This document shows positions 36,978-45,713 of a DNA stretch of 64,000 nt, piece by piece; the stretch's first letter is position 1, and each line of letters begins with the position of its first letter. The DNA comes from a virus. The translations under genes and the position numbers were made by a program. The notes below the pieces were generated by a model. The model saw nothing but the letters and a program-made list of their open reading frames with translations, did not search any database and had not been told where the DNA came from. The DNA lies in the IMG/VR virus record IMGVR_UViG_3300019926_000010, positions 873 through 64,872 of that record. One strand, 5' to 3'.

Positions 36978-38225
36978 CTATGCAGACATGACTGACGTTT
37001 CCCCATTTTGGTTACCAGATGTATCAGTACGACTGTCATCGAAGTCAATCGGATACATCCAGGTCATGGGACGTTCATCAGAGACGCCATGCACCGTCGC
37101 CGCCGGTTCAGACCATGCGGCCAACGATTCCTCGAAGTCAGATGGGGGACACACAGACCCACTCATTACAACCGGTCGAGAGTCGATATTCTCGATCCGG
37201 AACTCGTGGAAGTGACCCCGATACGCGATGTCGAAGTCGTGCATATTCTGCCATCCCCGCCACCGATTCTTCCCGCTGGAAGTACCGATGTGGAACAGAG
37301 ACTTTTGGCCGTGTCGTAGGTGACCTTTGTGACCACGCATCGTGAAGTTCGTGAAGTACGATCCGGAAGAACGAACGATGGTCACATCGTCCCATCCACG
37401 GTCTTCTGCCGTCTTTTCGAGCATCAGGTACACCACGTCGTCGGCATTTGCATCGTCGCTCATCCCGTCACCACGAAGTTCACCGTGATTACCGTTCTGG
37501 CAGACGACCTGCACTGTATCGAACATCTCCCGAAGGCGTTCGATCTGATCGACGTACAGTTCGTGTGCTTCGTCAACCTGTTCAACCAGGGTGAGAGCCG
37601 ATTCCCACGGCTGTTTCGCGTGGATTCCTTCTCCGTGAACCGTGTCACCACCGAGAAGGAGATGGGCATTGTCGTAAGTGACACCGGCTTTCTTCTGACG
37701 TTTGACGAGTTCCATCACCTTGTCGGTGATCGTTCTGACCCTCCGCTTGGCGATCTTGGGATCGAACACGTTGTTTCCGAACTCGTCTTCGTACTCGGCT
37801 CCCATGTGGTCATCTGCTCGATGGATAACCACGTCTTCGTTCGAGGGTTCAGTAGTGACACCACCATCAGCAACCACAGGCCCGGTACCTTTGAGATCCT
37901 TGGCGAGTGCCCGCTTCATTTCGAGCAGGACTTCTTTCTTTTTAATCGTGTGTTGTGCCAGTGACGACCGCTCCTCGGGTGGGGATTCCGGAGAGGCCGT
38001 CGCGTTCACCGACTCAGTAGCCTGTTCTCGGTCGTAGTAGATGCCGTGTTCATCACGAGAAATCCGGACACCGCACTCGTTCCGAAGCTGGCTGATGTAG
38101 TCCCGTGCCGTGGACTTCGTTACATCCAGCGCCGTTGCGATGTCTCCGGCGGTACCCGGTAGGGCATCGTAGGCTTCTTTTTGTCGGTCGTTGAACGCTT
38201 TGTTGTTGTCTTCAGATGCAGACAT
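36978..38225 (-). CDS. HTH + calcineurin-like metallophosphoesterase
   Basis: N-terminal HTH (AGDIATALDVTKSTARDYISQL); motifs DxH, GD, GNHG, HG and GHFH. Confidence 0.88.
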   Translation of the reverse strand: MSASEDNNKAFNDRQKEAYDALPGTAGDIATALDVTKSTARDYISQLRNECGVRISRDEHGIYYDREQATESVNATASPESPPEERSSLAQHTIKKKEVLLEMKRALAKDLKGTGPVVADGGVTTEPSNEDVVIHRADDHMGAEYEDEFGNNVFDPKIAKRRVRTITDKVMELVKRQKKAGVTYDNAHLLLGGDTVHGEGIHAKQPWESALTLVEQVDEAHELYVDQIERLREMFDTVQVVCQNGNHGELRGDGMSDDANADDVVYLMLEKTAEDRGWDDVTIVRSSGSYFTNFTMRGHKGHLRHGQKSLFHIGTSSGKNRWRGWQNMHDFDIAYRGHFHEFRIENIDSRPVVMSGSVCPPSDFEESLAAWSEPAATVHGVSDERPMTWMYPIDFDDSRTDTSGNQNGETSVMSA

Positions 38226-38269
38226 TAAGTGATTATGTGGGGTGGCCGGTTACCTCCGGCCAGAGGAAA

Positions 38270-39493
38270 TTAATGCTCGTTCTGGTAGATCGCGCACCGA
38301 TCTTCTAAGCAGAACCGTGGTGCGTCTTGCCAGACCTTCTCGCAGTTGAACTCGTTATAGTTCCGGGCTATAACCTCGTTCAACTGTGCCTTCGTCCGAT
38401 CAGGGTCAAACCCATCAGGCTCCATCGTCTCGAAAAACTGGACGATAAGAGCGTAGGGAACACCCATGTTCACGAGCCGGGACATGACGAATAGCTCCAT
38501 CGTGTGGGAAGAATCCCCGTAATGGAACTGGTCACCGTCTCGTTCGTAGTACGCCTTGATGCACGGCCTGTCTTCTAAGAAAAGCCACAGGTCGTCCACC
38601 GAGGTGTACCCATCGTTCGCGTTTTCTTTGTACTCGTCAACTCGGTCGGAATTATATGACGCATTATACGTCACATCCGACGAGGACGACGTAGCGTACT
38701 TGATATGGCGAGTGATCGCCTCTCCTGCACGCTCTGATTCTACTCTGCTGATACCGTCGGGAAGGGGGCGCGGCGCTGAAGTGAGCGCCCAGTAATCCGC
38801 GACTGTGAGATCACGGAGTTCGTTCGCGGTTACCGGAACACAGTACCGATTCGACGGGAACACCTCAGATGCACCCGGATGGCGTGTGTTCGGAAGCCGT
38901 GTCAACCGACCCATATCAGAACTGTCCACGTCGAGCCACGGTTCCAGGTTGACTCCTATATCATCTTCCAGATAGGTAATCAACTCACTTGTGTAAGCCG
39001 AGAGGCCCGACTTGAACTGTTTCAGATCACCGGTCTTGTGGTGAACTTTCGGAAAGTCCAGATACAGGTGAACGCCTTTGTGTCCCGAGAGTGAGAATCG
39101 CCAGTGCTTCGCCTTGCCCTCATCAGCGAGGTATTCGACCACAAGACGAACCCGAGCGAGGAGATCGTACATCTCACTCGTCCAATCCTCCATGTCACCG
39201 TCTCCGTCGTACCGATCACCCGGTACGTCGAAGTCAAGCATGAGAGTGTCTACGTCCGGGACTTCCCCATTTTTCGTGTGACCACGGGGAAATCCGTAGA
39301 CCGAAACGTAGCCATGATCGTGAACCTGAGACGCGATCCGGTTCACCAGCGCGTTGATCGTCGGCTTCGACTCTTGCTTTCGACCAACCTGACGTGGGTA
39401 CGTTCCTTCGGGACACCACACTTCAGCCGCTTGTCGAATACGGCGTACTTCGTCGGTGAAGCTCCGTTCGACGTTCTTGCCTGCCCTGCTCAC
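38270..39493 (-). CDS. Archaeo-eukaryotic primase, PriS catalytic domain fused to a PriL-CTD-like domain
   Basis: LDFD (DxD), SGHKGVHLY and RLTRLPNTRH; C-terminal RPCIK...FNCE...FC...C. Confidence 0.85.
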   Translation of the reverse strand: MSRAGKNVERSFTDEVRRIRQAAEVWCPEGTYPRQVGRKQESKPTINALVNRIASQVHDHGYVSVYGFPRGHTKNGEVPDVDTLMLDFDVPGDRYDGDGDMEDWTSEMYDLLARVRLVVEYLADEGKAKHWRFSLSGHKGVHLYLDFPKVHHKTGDLKQFKSGLSAYTSELITYLEDDIGVNLEPWLDVDSSDMGRLTRLPNTRHPGASEVFPSNRYCVPVTANELRDLTVADYWALTSAPRPLPDGISRVESERAGEAITRHIKYATSSSSDVTYNASYNSDRVDEYKENANDGYTSVDDLWLFLEDRPCIKAYYERDGDQFHYGDSSHTMELFVMSRLVNMGVPYALIVQFFETMEPDGFDPDRTKAQLNEVIARNYNEFNCEKVWQDAPRFCLEDRCAIYQNEH

Positions 39494-40995
39494 GAGAAGT
39501 CACCACCTCCATCAGCATAGGCTTGGAGTCCGGTGTCGCCCTTCTCGACGGTTTCCTCGTCTTCAGTGTCCTCTGCTTCCTCGTCGTTAGACGAGCCACC
39601 GTAGACACCTTCATCGTTGATAGCGTCAACCTCCTCCATCGCCTCCTCGACTTGCGTGGAGAAGCCTTCCCAGTCTTTGATGTTGATTACTTCTCCCGCT
39701 CGGTCACCGAACGGCATGACGGCCTCTTGTGGACCTTCGAGGAAGCGGGAAGAGTAGTTTTCAACCACGTCGTGGGGCCAACGTGAATCGTCGTACAGAC
39801 GCTCTTTGGCGTCGTTGCAGATTTTCTCCCAGTCGAACGTCTTGTGGGGCTTGGCGACCGTTGCGAAGGCCGTAGCGTGCCACTCATGGGGTGTCGCAGA
39901 CTGATCCACGTCCACGTACCCCTTCGTCTTCATGTTCTTGAGCGCGTTCCGAACGTCACGGTCGGTGACGTGATAACCGCGAGAACGCATCTCTGACTGG
40001 ATCTCCGAGACAGTGAACGTCTCGTTGGCATCCCGAAGTTCTTGGACGATCTCCAAGTCAAGTTCCTCCAGATTGAGGGAACTCATTATCATCTTCTCAC
40101 CGAACACCCGCATGGTCAACCACCCGTCAATGGGAGTGACCAGGAGTGTCGGAGCGCCATTTACCATCGGGTCCATCCGATCCTGATGGTGGAAGATCGA
40201 CATGATCTTCATGAACTTCATCAGGCGCTTGTAGTCCATCCGAACCTCGGGGAAGTGAGACGGAAGTGGTTCCTGCTGACGGAACTCCCACGAGAAGGGG
40301 ACCTTCATCTGCCCGATTCCCCCTTCCATGTGTTCCGCTACGTTGTAGCGGTGAGTGGGAATCTCGTCCAGGTATCTCCGGATCTCGTTCGCTCTATCCA
40401 TCCCGACAGTCGGCTCGATGAACGTGGACTCTTCCCGAGCCTGTCGGTCCAGAACACGGTCGTTCTGTTCCTTCGAGGCGTCGGTGTAGATAATCAACGC
40501 CCGGTTCCGAACCTCCGGGTAATCGTTGAGGTCCATATCCTCGTTGTCGGTGGCGATGAACATGACAAATCCATCAGGGGGATGGATCGTCTGTTCAACC
40601 GTTTGCCGAGTACCACCGGAAACATCAGTGTACTCGTGCGTGATCGAGCGTCCTTCGCCGTGACGCTTGATCTGCATGAGAAGATGTTCCGGGAACTCGG
40701 ACCCCATGTCCGGATAGATGTGAACCGACGCCGAGTTCAGCTTGTCCTTCTTCTCGAACAACGCAGTCGGTGACGACGACTCGGGGATGGAAGCCGTGTT
40801 ACTGTCTAACTCACAGTAGTTCGTCGCCGCCACGATGTAGTCTTTACCGGAGCGAGACGGTCCTTTCATCACAAGGAATCCGCCGCCCTTCTTTGCGAGT
40901 AGGGTCGTGAGGAAGGTGTCAGGCTCGCCTTCAAGCCCGAAATCTTCCTTCATTTTTACCAACTCGTGGAGAGTCGGTGTTTTTGTTACTGTCAT
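39490..40995 (-). CDS. AAA+ (MCM-like) ATPase/helicase with C-terminal winged helix
   Basis: Walker A GPSRSGKD, Arg-finger-like EVRNRALI, and wHTH (FTVSEIQSEM...VRNALKNMKTKGYV); adjacent to the primase. Confidence 0.7.
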   Translation of the reverse strand: MTVTKTPTLHELVKMKEDFGLEGEPDTFLTTLLAKKGGGFLVMKGPSRSGKDYIVAATNYCELDSNTASIPESSSPTALFEKKDKLNSASVHIYPDMGSEFPEHLLMQIKRHGEGRSITHEYTDVSGGTRQTVEQTIHPPDGFVMFIATDNEDMDLNDYPEVRNRALIIYTDASKEQNDRVLDRQAREESTFIEPTVGMDRANEIRRYLDEIPTHRYNVAEHMEGGIGQMKVPFSWEFRQQEPLPSHFPEVRMDYKRLMKFMKIMSIFHHQDRMDPMVNGAPTLLVTPIDGWLTMRVFGEKMIMSSLNLEELDLEIVQELRDANETFTVSEIQSEMRSRGYHVTDRDVRNALKNMKTKGYVDVDQSATPHEWHATAFATVAKPHKTFDWEKICNDAKERLYDDSRWPHDVVENYSSRFLEGPQEAVMPFGDRAGEVINIKDWEGFSTQVEEAMEEVDAINDEGVYGGSSNDEEAEDTEDEETVEKGDTGLQAYADGGGDFS

Positions 40996-41094
40996 TTGAG
41001 AATTAACAGCGGTGGTCATTACCTGCGGTTCTCGTCGGGAAGCCCGACTACCGACCCGACCGCAGGTTCCCACCGCAACGGGGCCGCTGTTACT

Positions 41095-41259
41095 TCACTC
41101 GTACACAGCTTCTACGCGCCGTGTATGGGACTTACGGTCAAGGCCCCGAGCGGCCAGAAGTTGACCAACAGCTCCAGAAACTTCATCCTCGATGTTGGCG
41201 ATCTCCTGCCATTCCAGGGTTTCTGGAACTTCTACAGAGACTTCGATTGTCTTTGTCAT
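41095..41259 (-). CDS. Small hypothetical protein
   Basis: Manually translated as MTKTIEVSVEVPE...; the start overlaps the upstream stop. Confidence 0.5.
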   Translation of the reverse strand: MTKTIEVSVEVPETLEWQEIANIEDEVSGAVGQLLAARGLDRKSHTRRVEAVYE

Positions 41260-41516
41260 TATCCCTCAAGCTCGTTCTTCATGTCGCGTTCTTCAACGCG
41301 CTTCACGATGTCCCGCTGGACGTGTTCTTTCGCTGTGTCGTGAAGTTCCTCGGTGACCTCCTCGATGTCGGCCCGAGGCATCACTTCCGCTGTGATCGTC
41401 TCGGACGCCTCGAAGGGTTCGTACTCCTCGATCTGCTTTCGTCGGAGGACTGTCACCGAGACTTCTGTGACGGTGTAATCCGTTTCCACGTCGTCCGGGT
41501 CAGAGACGCCGACCAT
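41259..41516 (-). CDS. Hypothetical protein
   Basis: Track ORF coupled to its neighbours. Confidence 0.6.
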   Translation of the reverse strand: MVGVSDPDDVETDYTVTEVSVTVLRRKQIEEYEPFEASETITAEVMPRADIEEVTEELHDTAKEHVQRDIVKRVEERDMKNELEG

Positions 41517-41517
41517 C

Positions 41518-42513
41518 TTACTCGGAGCGGGCCTCGATCTCCTCGATGATGCTGTCTTCGCCCACGTCTTCCATCATCTCAATCGAGATCGAGGACTCGG
41601 GGTTGTTCGCCATGACCTGGAACGTGCCCATCACGTCCTCCTTGTCGGTGATGTCCTGCTCCACGCAGTAGTCGATGCAGTCGTCAATCGCATCGGGGAA
41701 GTCCGACGAGGCACCGGCTTCTTTCGCGGCTTCGGCCATCGCCTGCTTGCTCGCTCCGCCGTCCGTGGCGGCTTCCTGTCCACTGTCGCCGGAGCTTGTA
41801 GACGCCGCTTCCTCGGTGTCGTTCGGGATACCGATGCGGTTCTCCGTCGCCACGTCGAGGTAGACCGGGGTGTAGAAGTTGAACTTCTCACCTTCGCGCT
41901 CGATCTTGAACCGACGGAGCCGCTTCCCGACGAGAGCGTCACGAGCTTCCGAGGAACTGTCGAACCAGTTGAAGATGTCATCCTCGTCCACAACCGCTTC
42001 CCGACCGAGTGTCGTCAGGGTTCGGGCCGCCGTCTTGGACGTGGAACTGGGTCCGTTCTCCTTGGAACCACCGTTCCAGATGATGACGTTCCCGAGAACC
42101 GGATACTCCTGATCGTTGAGATCCATGACCGGTTCCCCATTCTCTCCTTCTGCGAGCCACACTTCACCCGTCTCGTCAATGCGAGCCGCGATGAGTGTGA
42201 AGTTGTAGGTGTTGCTCCCGTGAGTCTCGTTCTTCCGTTTGAACTCAGCGGGCTTGAACTCCTCTTCCGAGGGATCGAAGCCCTGACTCTCCCACGAGAA
42301 CATCTTCACCTTCGACTCGTCGTCGTCGCGCTGGTAGAGTGCGCCGTCCACCAGAGCGGCGTTCTCGTACCGTTCTGCGATGGACTGTCCGAAGTCACTG
42401 TTACCCTCTCGGATGCCCTCGAAGTCGCCGTCGATTGCCGCGTAGGGCATCATCGTGAGCTTGAGGTCGTCGTTACCACTGAAGTCGCCTGCGTGATTGT
42501 CGTAATCAACCAT
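41518..42513 (-). CDS. Acidic protein in the replication module (possible ssDNA-binding/annealing protein)
   Basis: Strong codon bias; the function guess is positional only. Confidence 0.6.
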   Translation of the reverse strand: MVDYDNHAGDFSGNDDLKLTMMPYAAIDGDFEGIREGNSDFGQSIAERYENAALVDGALYQRDDDESKVKMFSWESQGFDPSEEEFKPAEFKRKNETHGSNTYNFTLIAARIDETGEVWLAEGENGEPVMDLNDQEYPVLGNVIIWNGGSKENGPSSTSKTAARTLTTLGREAVVDEDDIFNWFDSSSEARDALVGKRLRRFKIEREGEKFNFYTPVYLDVATENRIGIPNDTEEAASTSSGDSGQEAATDGGASKQAMAEAAKEAGASSDFPDAIDDCIDYCVEQDITDKEDVMGTFQVMANNPESSISIEMMEDVGEDSIIEEIEARSE

Positions 42514-42599
42514 TTTAGAATCTCGTATCGCGTGCTGGTTTAGTCAGAAATCTGTTCACTGTGGGTAGCGGGGTTCTCTATTCTATGTTGGTCACCCGA

Positions 42600-42643
42600 G
42601 GTCGCTGGACGGAATCGAACCGTCTCAGAAGGCCATTAGCGAC
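42600..42643 (-). ncRNA. Mini-tRNA element
   Basis: GTCGCT-AATGGCCTTCTGA-GACGG-TTCGATT-CCGTC-C-AGCGAC. Confidence 0.7.
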
Positions 42644-42652
42644 AGCCGCAGA

Positions 42653-42841
42653 TTAGATGTACGGGATCAGCGGGATGAAGTCCAGAGGCGGAACAAGGCC
42701 CGCCGCCGCAACGAAGAAGTAGATAATGAAGCCGATTAATGCGAGCTTCCCGACGATCAGCAAAAAGCCGAGAAGAATGAAGAGAAGTCCACCGATTACT
42801 GTGCCCACGATACCAAGAAGAAGTCTAACCAGAGCCGTCAT
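42653..42841 (-). CDS. Small membrane protein
   Basis: Almost entirely hydrophobic; ends VPPLDFIPLIPYI. Confidence 0.65.
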   Translation of the reverse strand: MTALVRLLLGIVGTVIGGLLFILLGFLLIVGKLALIGFIIYFFVAAAGLVPPLDFIPLIPYI

Positions 42842-43092
42842 ACGAACGGAATCACCGGAACCACGTCAACCGGGGGAACCACACCGAGAGCCGCGAGGAA
42901 GAAGTAGATGATCCCGACAGTGAGAACGAGTCCCACAACACCGAAGATGATGTTGAGAAGAATCACCAGAACCGCAAACTTTCCGAAGCTCCGTTTCATG
43001 TCACTGCTCATCTCACCGAAGTCGTCGTCAGTATTGATGTCCATGTCCATGCTCATCAGTTGTACCGCTCCTGGCAGAAGTGACACTTGCAC
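42838..43092 (-). CDS. Small membrane protein (paralogue of 42653..42841)
   Basis: Ends IYFFLAALGVVPPVDVVPVIPFV; the start is probably an internal Met. Confidence 0.65.
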   Translation of the reverse strand: MQVSLLPGAVQLMSMDMDINTDDDFGEMSSDMKRSFGKFAVLVILLNIIFGVVGLVLTVGIIYFFLAALGVVPPVDVVPVIPFV

Positions 43093-43218
43093 ATGGGTCC
43101 GTGACCCGGTTTATTCGGAATCCCCATGATTAGTCGCTCGTCTCCTCGTCGGTCGTCTGTTTGGTTACGCTCTCGAAGCCGCCGTTCTCGCTGTTTTCGT
43201 TGGTTTCTGTCATGGTTT

Positions 43219-44163
43219 TCACGCGCCTGCTTGTTTGCCGCCTTGTTCCATCCCACGTCGTCGTATCTTGTCACGGAGTTCATTGGCACACCGTCTGTTG
43301 ATCTGCTTCCGGAACTGGTGTAAGTCCAGTACCGCGTCTTCGTCCAGTAGAAGAGACGCGCCCTCTTCCTCACCGATGTCTCGGAGAACGCGCTGTGGTA
43401 GATCCTCCATGAGGGGCATTTCGAGTTTGCGGCCCTCGTCATTGACCATCTTCTCGATGGTTTTTTCAATGCGACGGTTAGATCCGGTGTACTTGTCAGC
43501 GAGTCTCGATTCGTCGCTGGGTCCACCGTTATCCGTACCGGCCTTGGCCGATTCGTGCTTCTCAGCGAACGCTTCGGTAATGAGTTTCGCCCGTGTGTCA
43601 CACGAAGCGTTCTTCATCACGACGCCTTCAGCAATTCCATCGCGGAACTGACTCTCGATCTCCTCGTAGTCGCTGGGGTTGATGTTTTCAGCGTCGTCAA
43701 CGTCGAGAACGGGGGCAACCGGCAGGTTACCGGCCTGGAACACGTCCATAGCTTCGCCGTGACGAAGCCATCCGCTCATGTCGTTTGGCCCGTCTTCGAT
43801 GAACACGTCGAAACCGAGGAACCGTGGCATCTCTTCCCACGGATAATCCAGCGTGTGAGAGTGCATCGACTCCCCGAACAGAGTCATGTCACCCAGGTTG
43901 TCAGCCAGATTGTAGAGCGTGTGCGCGTCGATCTCCCGAGACACCCACTCGATAGTGGGCCGGAAGTTCTTCGGCACATCCTCGTTCGGAACCGTCGAGT
44001 AGTCCAGATTTCGGGACCCGAAGGTGATCTCACGCGCGTCCGAGTCTACATGGATACGGAAGTTCGCTCCGTCCATCTTCTCGTGAACAACGACCTCTCC
44101 GTCGGAGAATAGTCCGTCTGTGTCCGGATGACCGAGCCGACGGATCTTCGGGTATTTCTTCAC
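43219..44163 (-). CDS. ATP-dependent RNA ligase (Rnl2-like)
   Basis: Motif I EKMDGAN, FGE, FDV, EGVVMK and RAK; the GTG start overlaps the upstream TGA. Confidence 0.88.
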   Translation of the reverse strand: MKKYPKIRRLGHPDTDGLFSDGEVVVHEKMDGANFRIHVDSDAREITFGSRNLDYSTVPNEDVPKNFRPTIEWVSREIDAHTLYNLADNLGDMTLFGESMHSHTLDYPWEEMPRFLGFDVFIEDGPNDMSGWLRHGEAMDVFQAGNLPVAPVLDVDDAENINPSDYEEIESQFRDGIAEGVVMKNASCDTRAKLITEAFAEKHESAKAGTDNGGPSDESRLADKYTGSNRRIEKTIEKMVNDEGRKLEMPLMEDLPQRVLRDIGEEEGASLLLDEDAVLDLHQFRKQINRRCANELRDKIRRRGMEQGGKQAGA

Positions 44164-44561
44164 TGCCACGTCGGGACCGGCGTTCCACCAGTCCACTTGA
44201 CACCGATCTCGTAGTCGATCACGTCTTCGATGTCTTCGATGTTCTCGATTCCGAACGAATCGAGGAAGTCGTAGAGCTGTGCATCCTCATCCTCCAGCCC
44301 GTCCGGAAGATCGAACTCCAGGTTGGGGATGTCGTAATCATCAGCACCGCCCACGTTGACGGGGATGACGACCTTGTATTCGCCCGAGAACTCACCACCC
44401 CGGCCAACCATCCGCGGTTCACCGAGCCACGCCTTCTCAGGGAACTGCTTCCCGGATAGCTCGTACACCGCTTCCGTGATCGCGGCGGGGCCGAGGCTCG
44501 TTTGTTCATCGCTCGATCCTCCGAAGCCGAAGAACTGACGGAGTTTGGATAGCAGAGACAT
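44160..44561 (-). CDS. Hypothetical protein
   Basis: ATG at 44561 (MSLLSKLRQFFGF...) inside the track ORF. Confidence 0.6.
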   Translation of the reverse strand: MSLLSKLRQFFGFGGSSDEQTSLGPAAITEAVYELSGKQFPEKAWLGEPRMVGRGGEFSGEYKVVIPVNVGGADDYDIPNLEFDLPDGLEDEDAQLYDFLDSFGIENIEDIEDVIDYEIGVKWTGGTPVPTWQ

Positions 44562-44606
44562 TGTACTACAGAGGGTCAACGACGGTGTGAGCCAGCCGTT
44601 GACTGA

Positions 44607-44675
44607 CACGGACTCCGGGATTTGAACCCGAGCAACCCCGTTCAGGGGCACTCTCCCAGGCTGAGTTAAGTCCGT
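44607..44675 (-). tRNA. Atypical tRNA, Phe(GAA)-like
   Basis: 7-bp acceptor ACGGACT/AGTCCGT, D-arm TAACTCAGCCTGGGAGAGT and T-loop TTCAAAT; short anticodon stem around CTGAACG. Confidence 0.5.
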
Positions 44676-44791
44676 CAATTTATTGAGCGCCAACGTTTCC
44701 TTCCCTATTCAGGGCGTGTCACACGGCGCTGATCTCACCTATTGCAATTGAGTCCCAAGAACTCTCGTTCAAGGTCTGAGGCCTAAGGTGA

Positions 44792-44867
44792 AGCCGGAAG
44801 CGGGACTTAGCACCCGCGTCTGTAACATCACAAGCTACCAATCTTATCTGTATTAGACTATTCCGGC
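44792..44867 (-). tRNA. Atypical tRNA, His(GTG)-like
   Basis: Acceptor GCCGGAA/TTCCGGC, anticodon stem GTAGC/GTTAC with loop TTGTGAT, T-stem GCGGG/CCCGC with a non-canonical 8-nt loop. Confidence 0.5.
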
Positions 44868-44868
44868 A

Positions 44869-44954
44869 TGGGAACGGGAGGATTTGAACGCTCCAAGGGC
44901 TTACGCCCAGTTTTTCTCACCCGTGCGTTCCAAGGTCCACGGGACGACGTTCCC
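44869..44954 (-). tRNA. Degenerate long-variable-arm tRNA-like element
   Basis: Acceptor GGGAACG/CGTTCCC, T-loop TTCAAAT and variable hairpin GGGC-GTAA-GCCC; anticodon arm unclear. Confidence 0.35.
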
Positions 44955-45149
44955 TCAAGTGAGGCTCACCACACCCCACAGTTACTTGTTGGTTGATTGG
45001 CGACCGAATGAACTTCGGAGAAATGGAGCTAAGTCTTGCTCATCTCCAATTTCATATAACCCGTACACCGACCAACCACTCCGGCCAACACACAATACGG
45101 TGAATTTCTATGACAGGTAACGTAGTTGTTTCCCCTATGACCGAGGGGA

Positions 45150-45194
45150 CGCCTCAACGAGGACTCGAACCCCGATTAATCAACCTGATGAGAC
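45150..45194 (-). ncRNA. Mini-tRNA element overlapping the endonuclease stop
   Basis: GTCTCA-TCAGGTTGATTAAT-CGGGG-TTCGAGT-CCTCG-T-TGAGGC. Confidence 0.6.
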
Positions 45195-45637
45195 AATCTA
45201 TTTTCAATTAACAATTCTTCAGAAATATTTGCTCGTTCTTTATTTCGAGGGTCAATTTGAGATTTAGGATTCATATTTATACTCATTTGACTTTTTGGGG
45301 CTTCATCGAATGGAATCCAGTATATCTCACTACTATATGGATTTCTTATCGCGTAAACGTCTATTTCATTTTCTGAATATTCTTTTCTATTAACTTCTCC
45401 ATCAGGTCCGTAATTTTGATTTCGTAACTCTACCCTTACAGAACCTTCAACTGTTGACTTAGGTTTGAAAGCAGTTTTACATTGTACCTTTAATAATTCA
45501 TTGCTTAAATCTGCAATTAAATCATATCGTTCATTATCTCCTACGGGTTCAGAGACGCTATATCCAAGTTTAAGAAGTTTTACCACTATTTTGTTTTCTG
45601 TTATAGTTCCTTGTCTAAGAGAACTTTCTCCCGACAT
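45176..45637 (-). CDS. PD-(D/E)xK endonuclease (homing-endonuclease-like, I-Ssp6803I type)
   Basis: G-x3-E...GYSVSEP...RYDLIAD...KVQCKT; AT-rich relative to the genome. Confidence 0.8.
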   Translation of the reverse strand: MSGESSLRQGTITENKIVVKLLKLGYSVSEPVGDNERYDLIADLSNELLKVQCKTAFKPKSTVEGSVRVELRNQNYGPDGEVNRKEYSENEIDVYAIRNPYSSEIYWIPFDEAPKSQMSINMNPKSQIDPRNKERANISEELLIENRLSHQVD

Positions 45638-45639
45638 TA

Positions 45640-45713
45640 CGTCTGGTCAAGGAGTCGAACCTCGCACAACACCGTTAACAGCGGCGTGCCCCCACCAAGG
45701 GGGCCTACCAGAC
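45640..45713 (-). tRNA. tRNA-Asn(GTT)
   Basis: Full cloverleaf: acceptor GTCTGGT/ACCAGAC, anticodon stem CGCCG/CGGTG with loop CTGTTAA, T-arm CGAGG-TTCGACT-CCTTG. Confidence 0.85.

Noticed and set aside
36900-37020. Short direct repeats GGTTACCAGA and TGCCTACT
   Set aside because: Only two copies each, partly inside a coding 3' end; plausible by chance.
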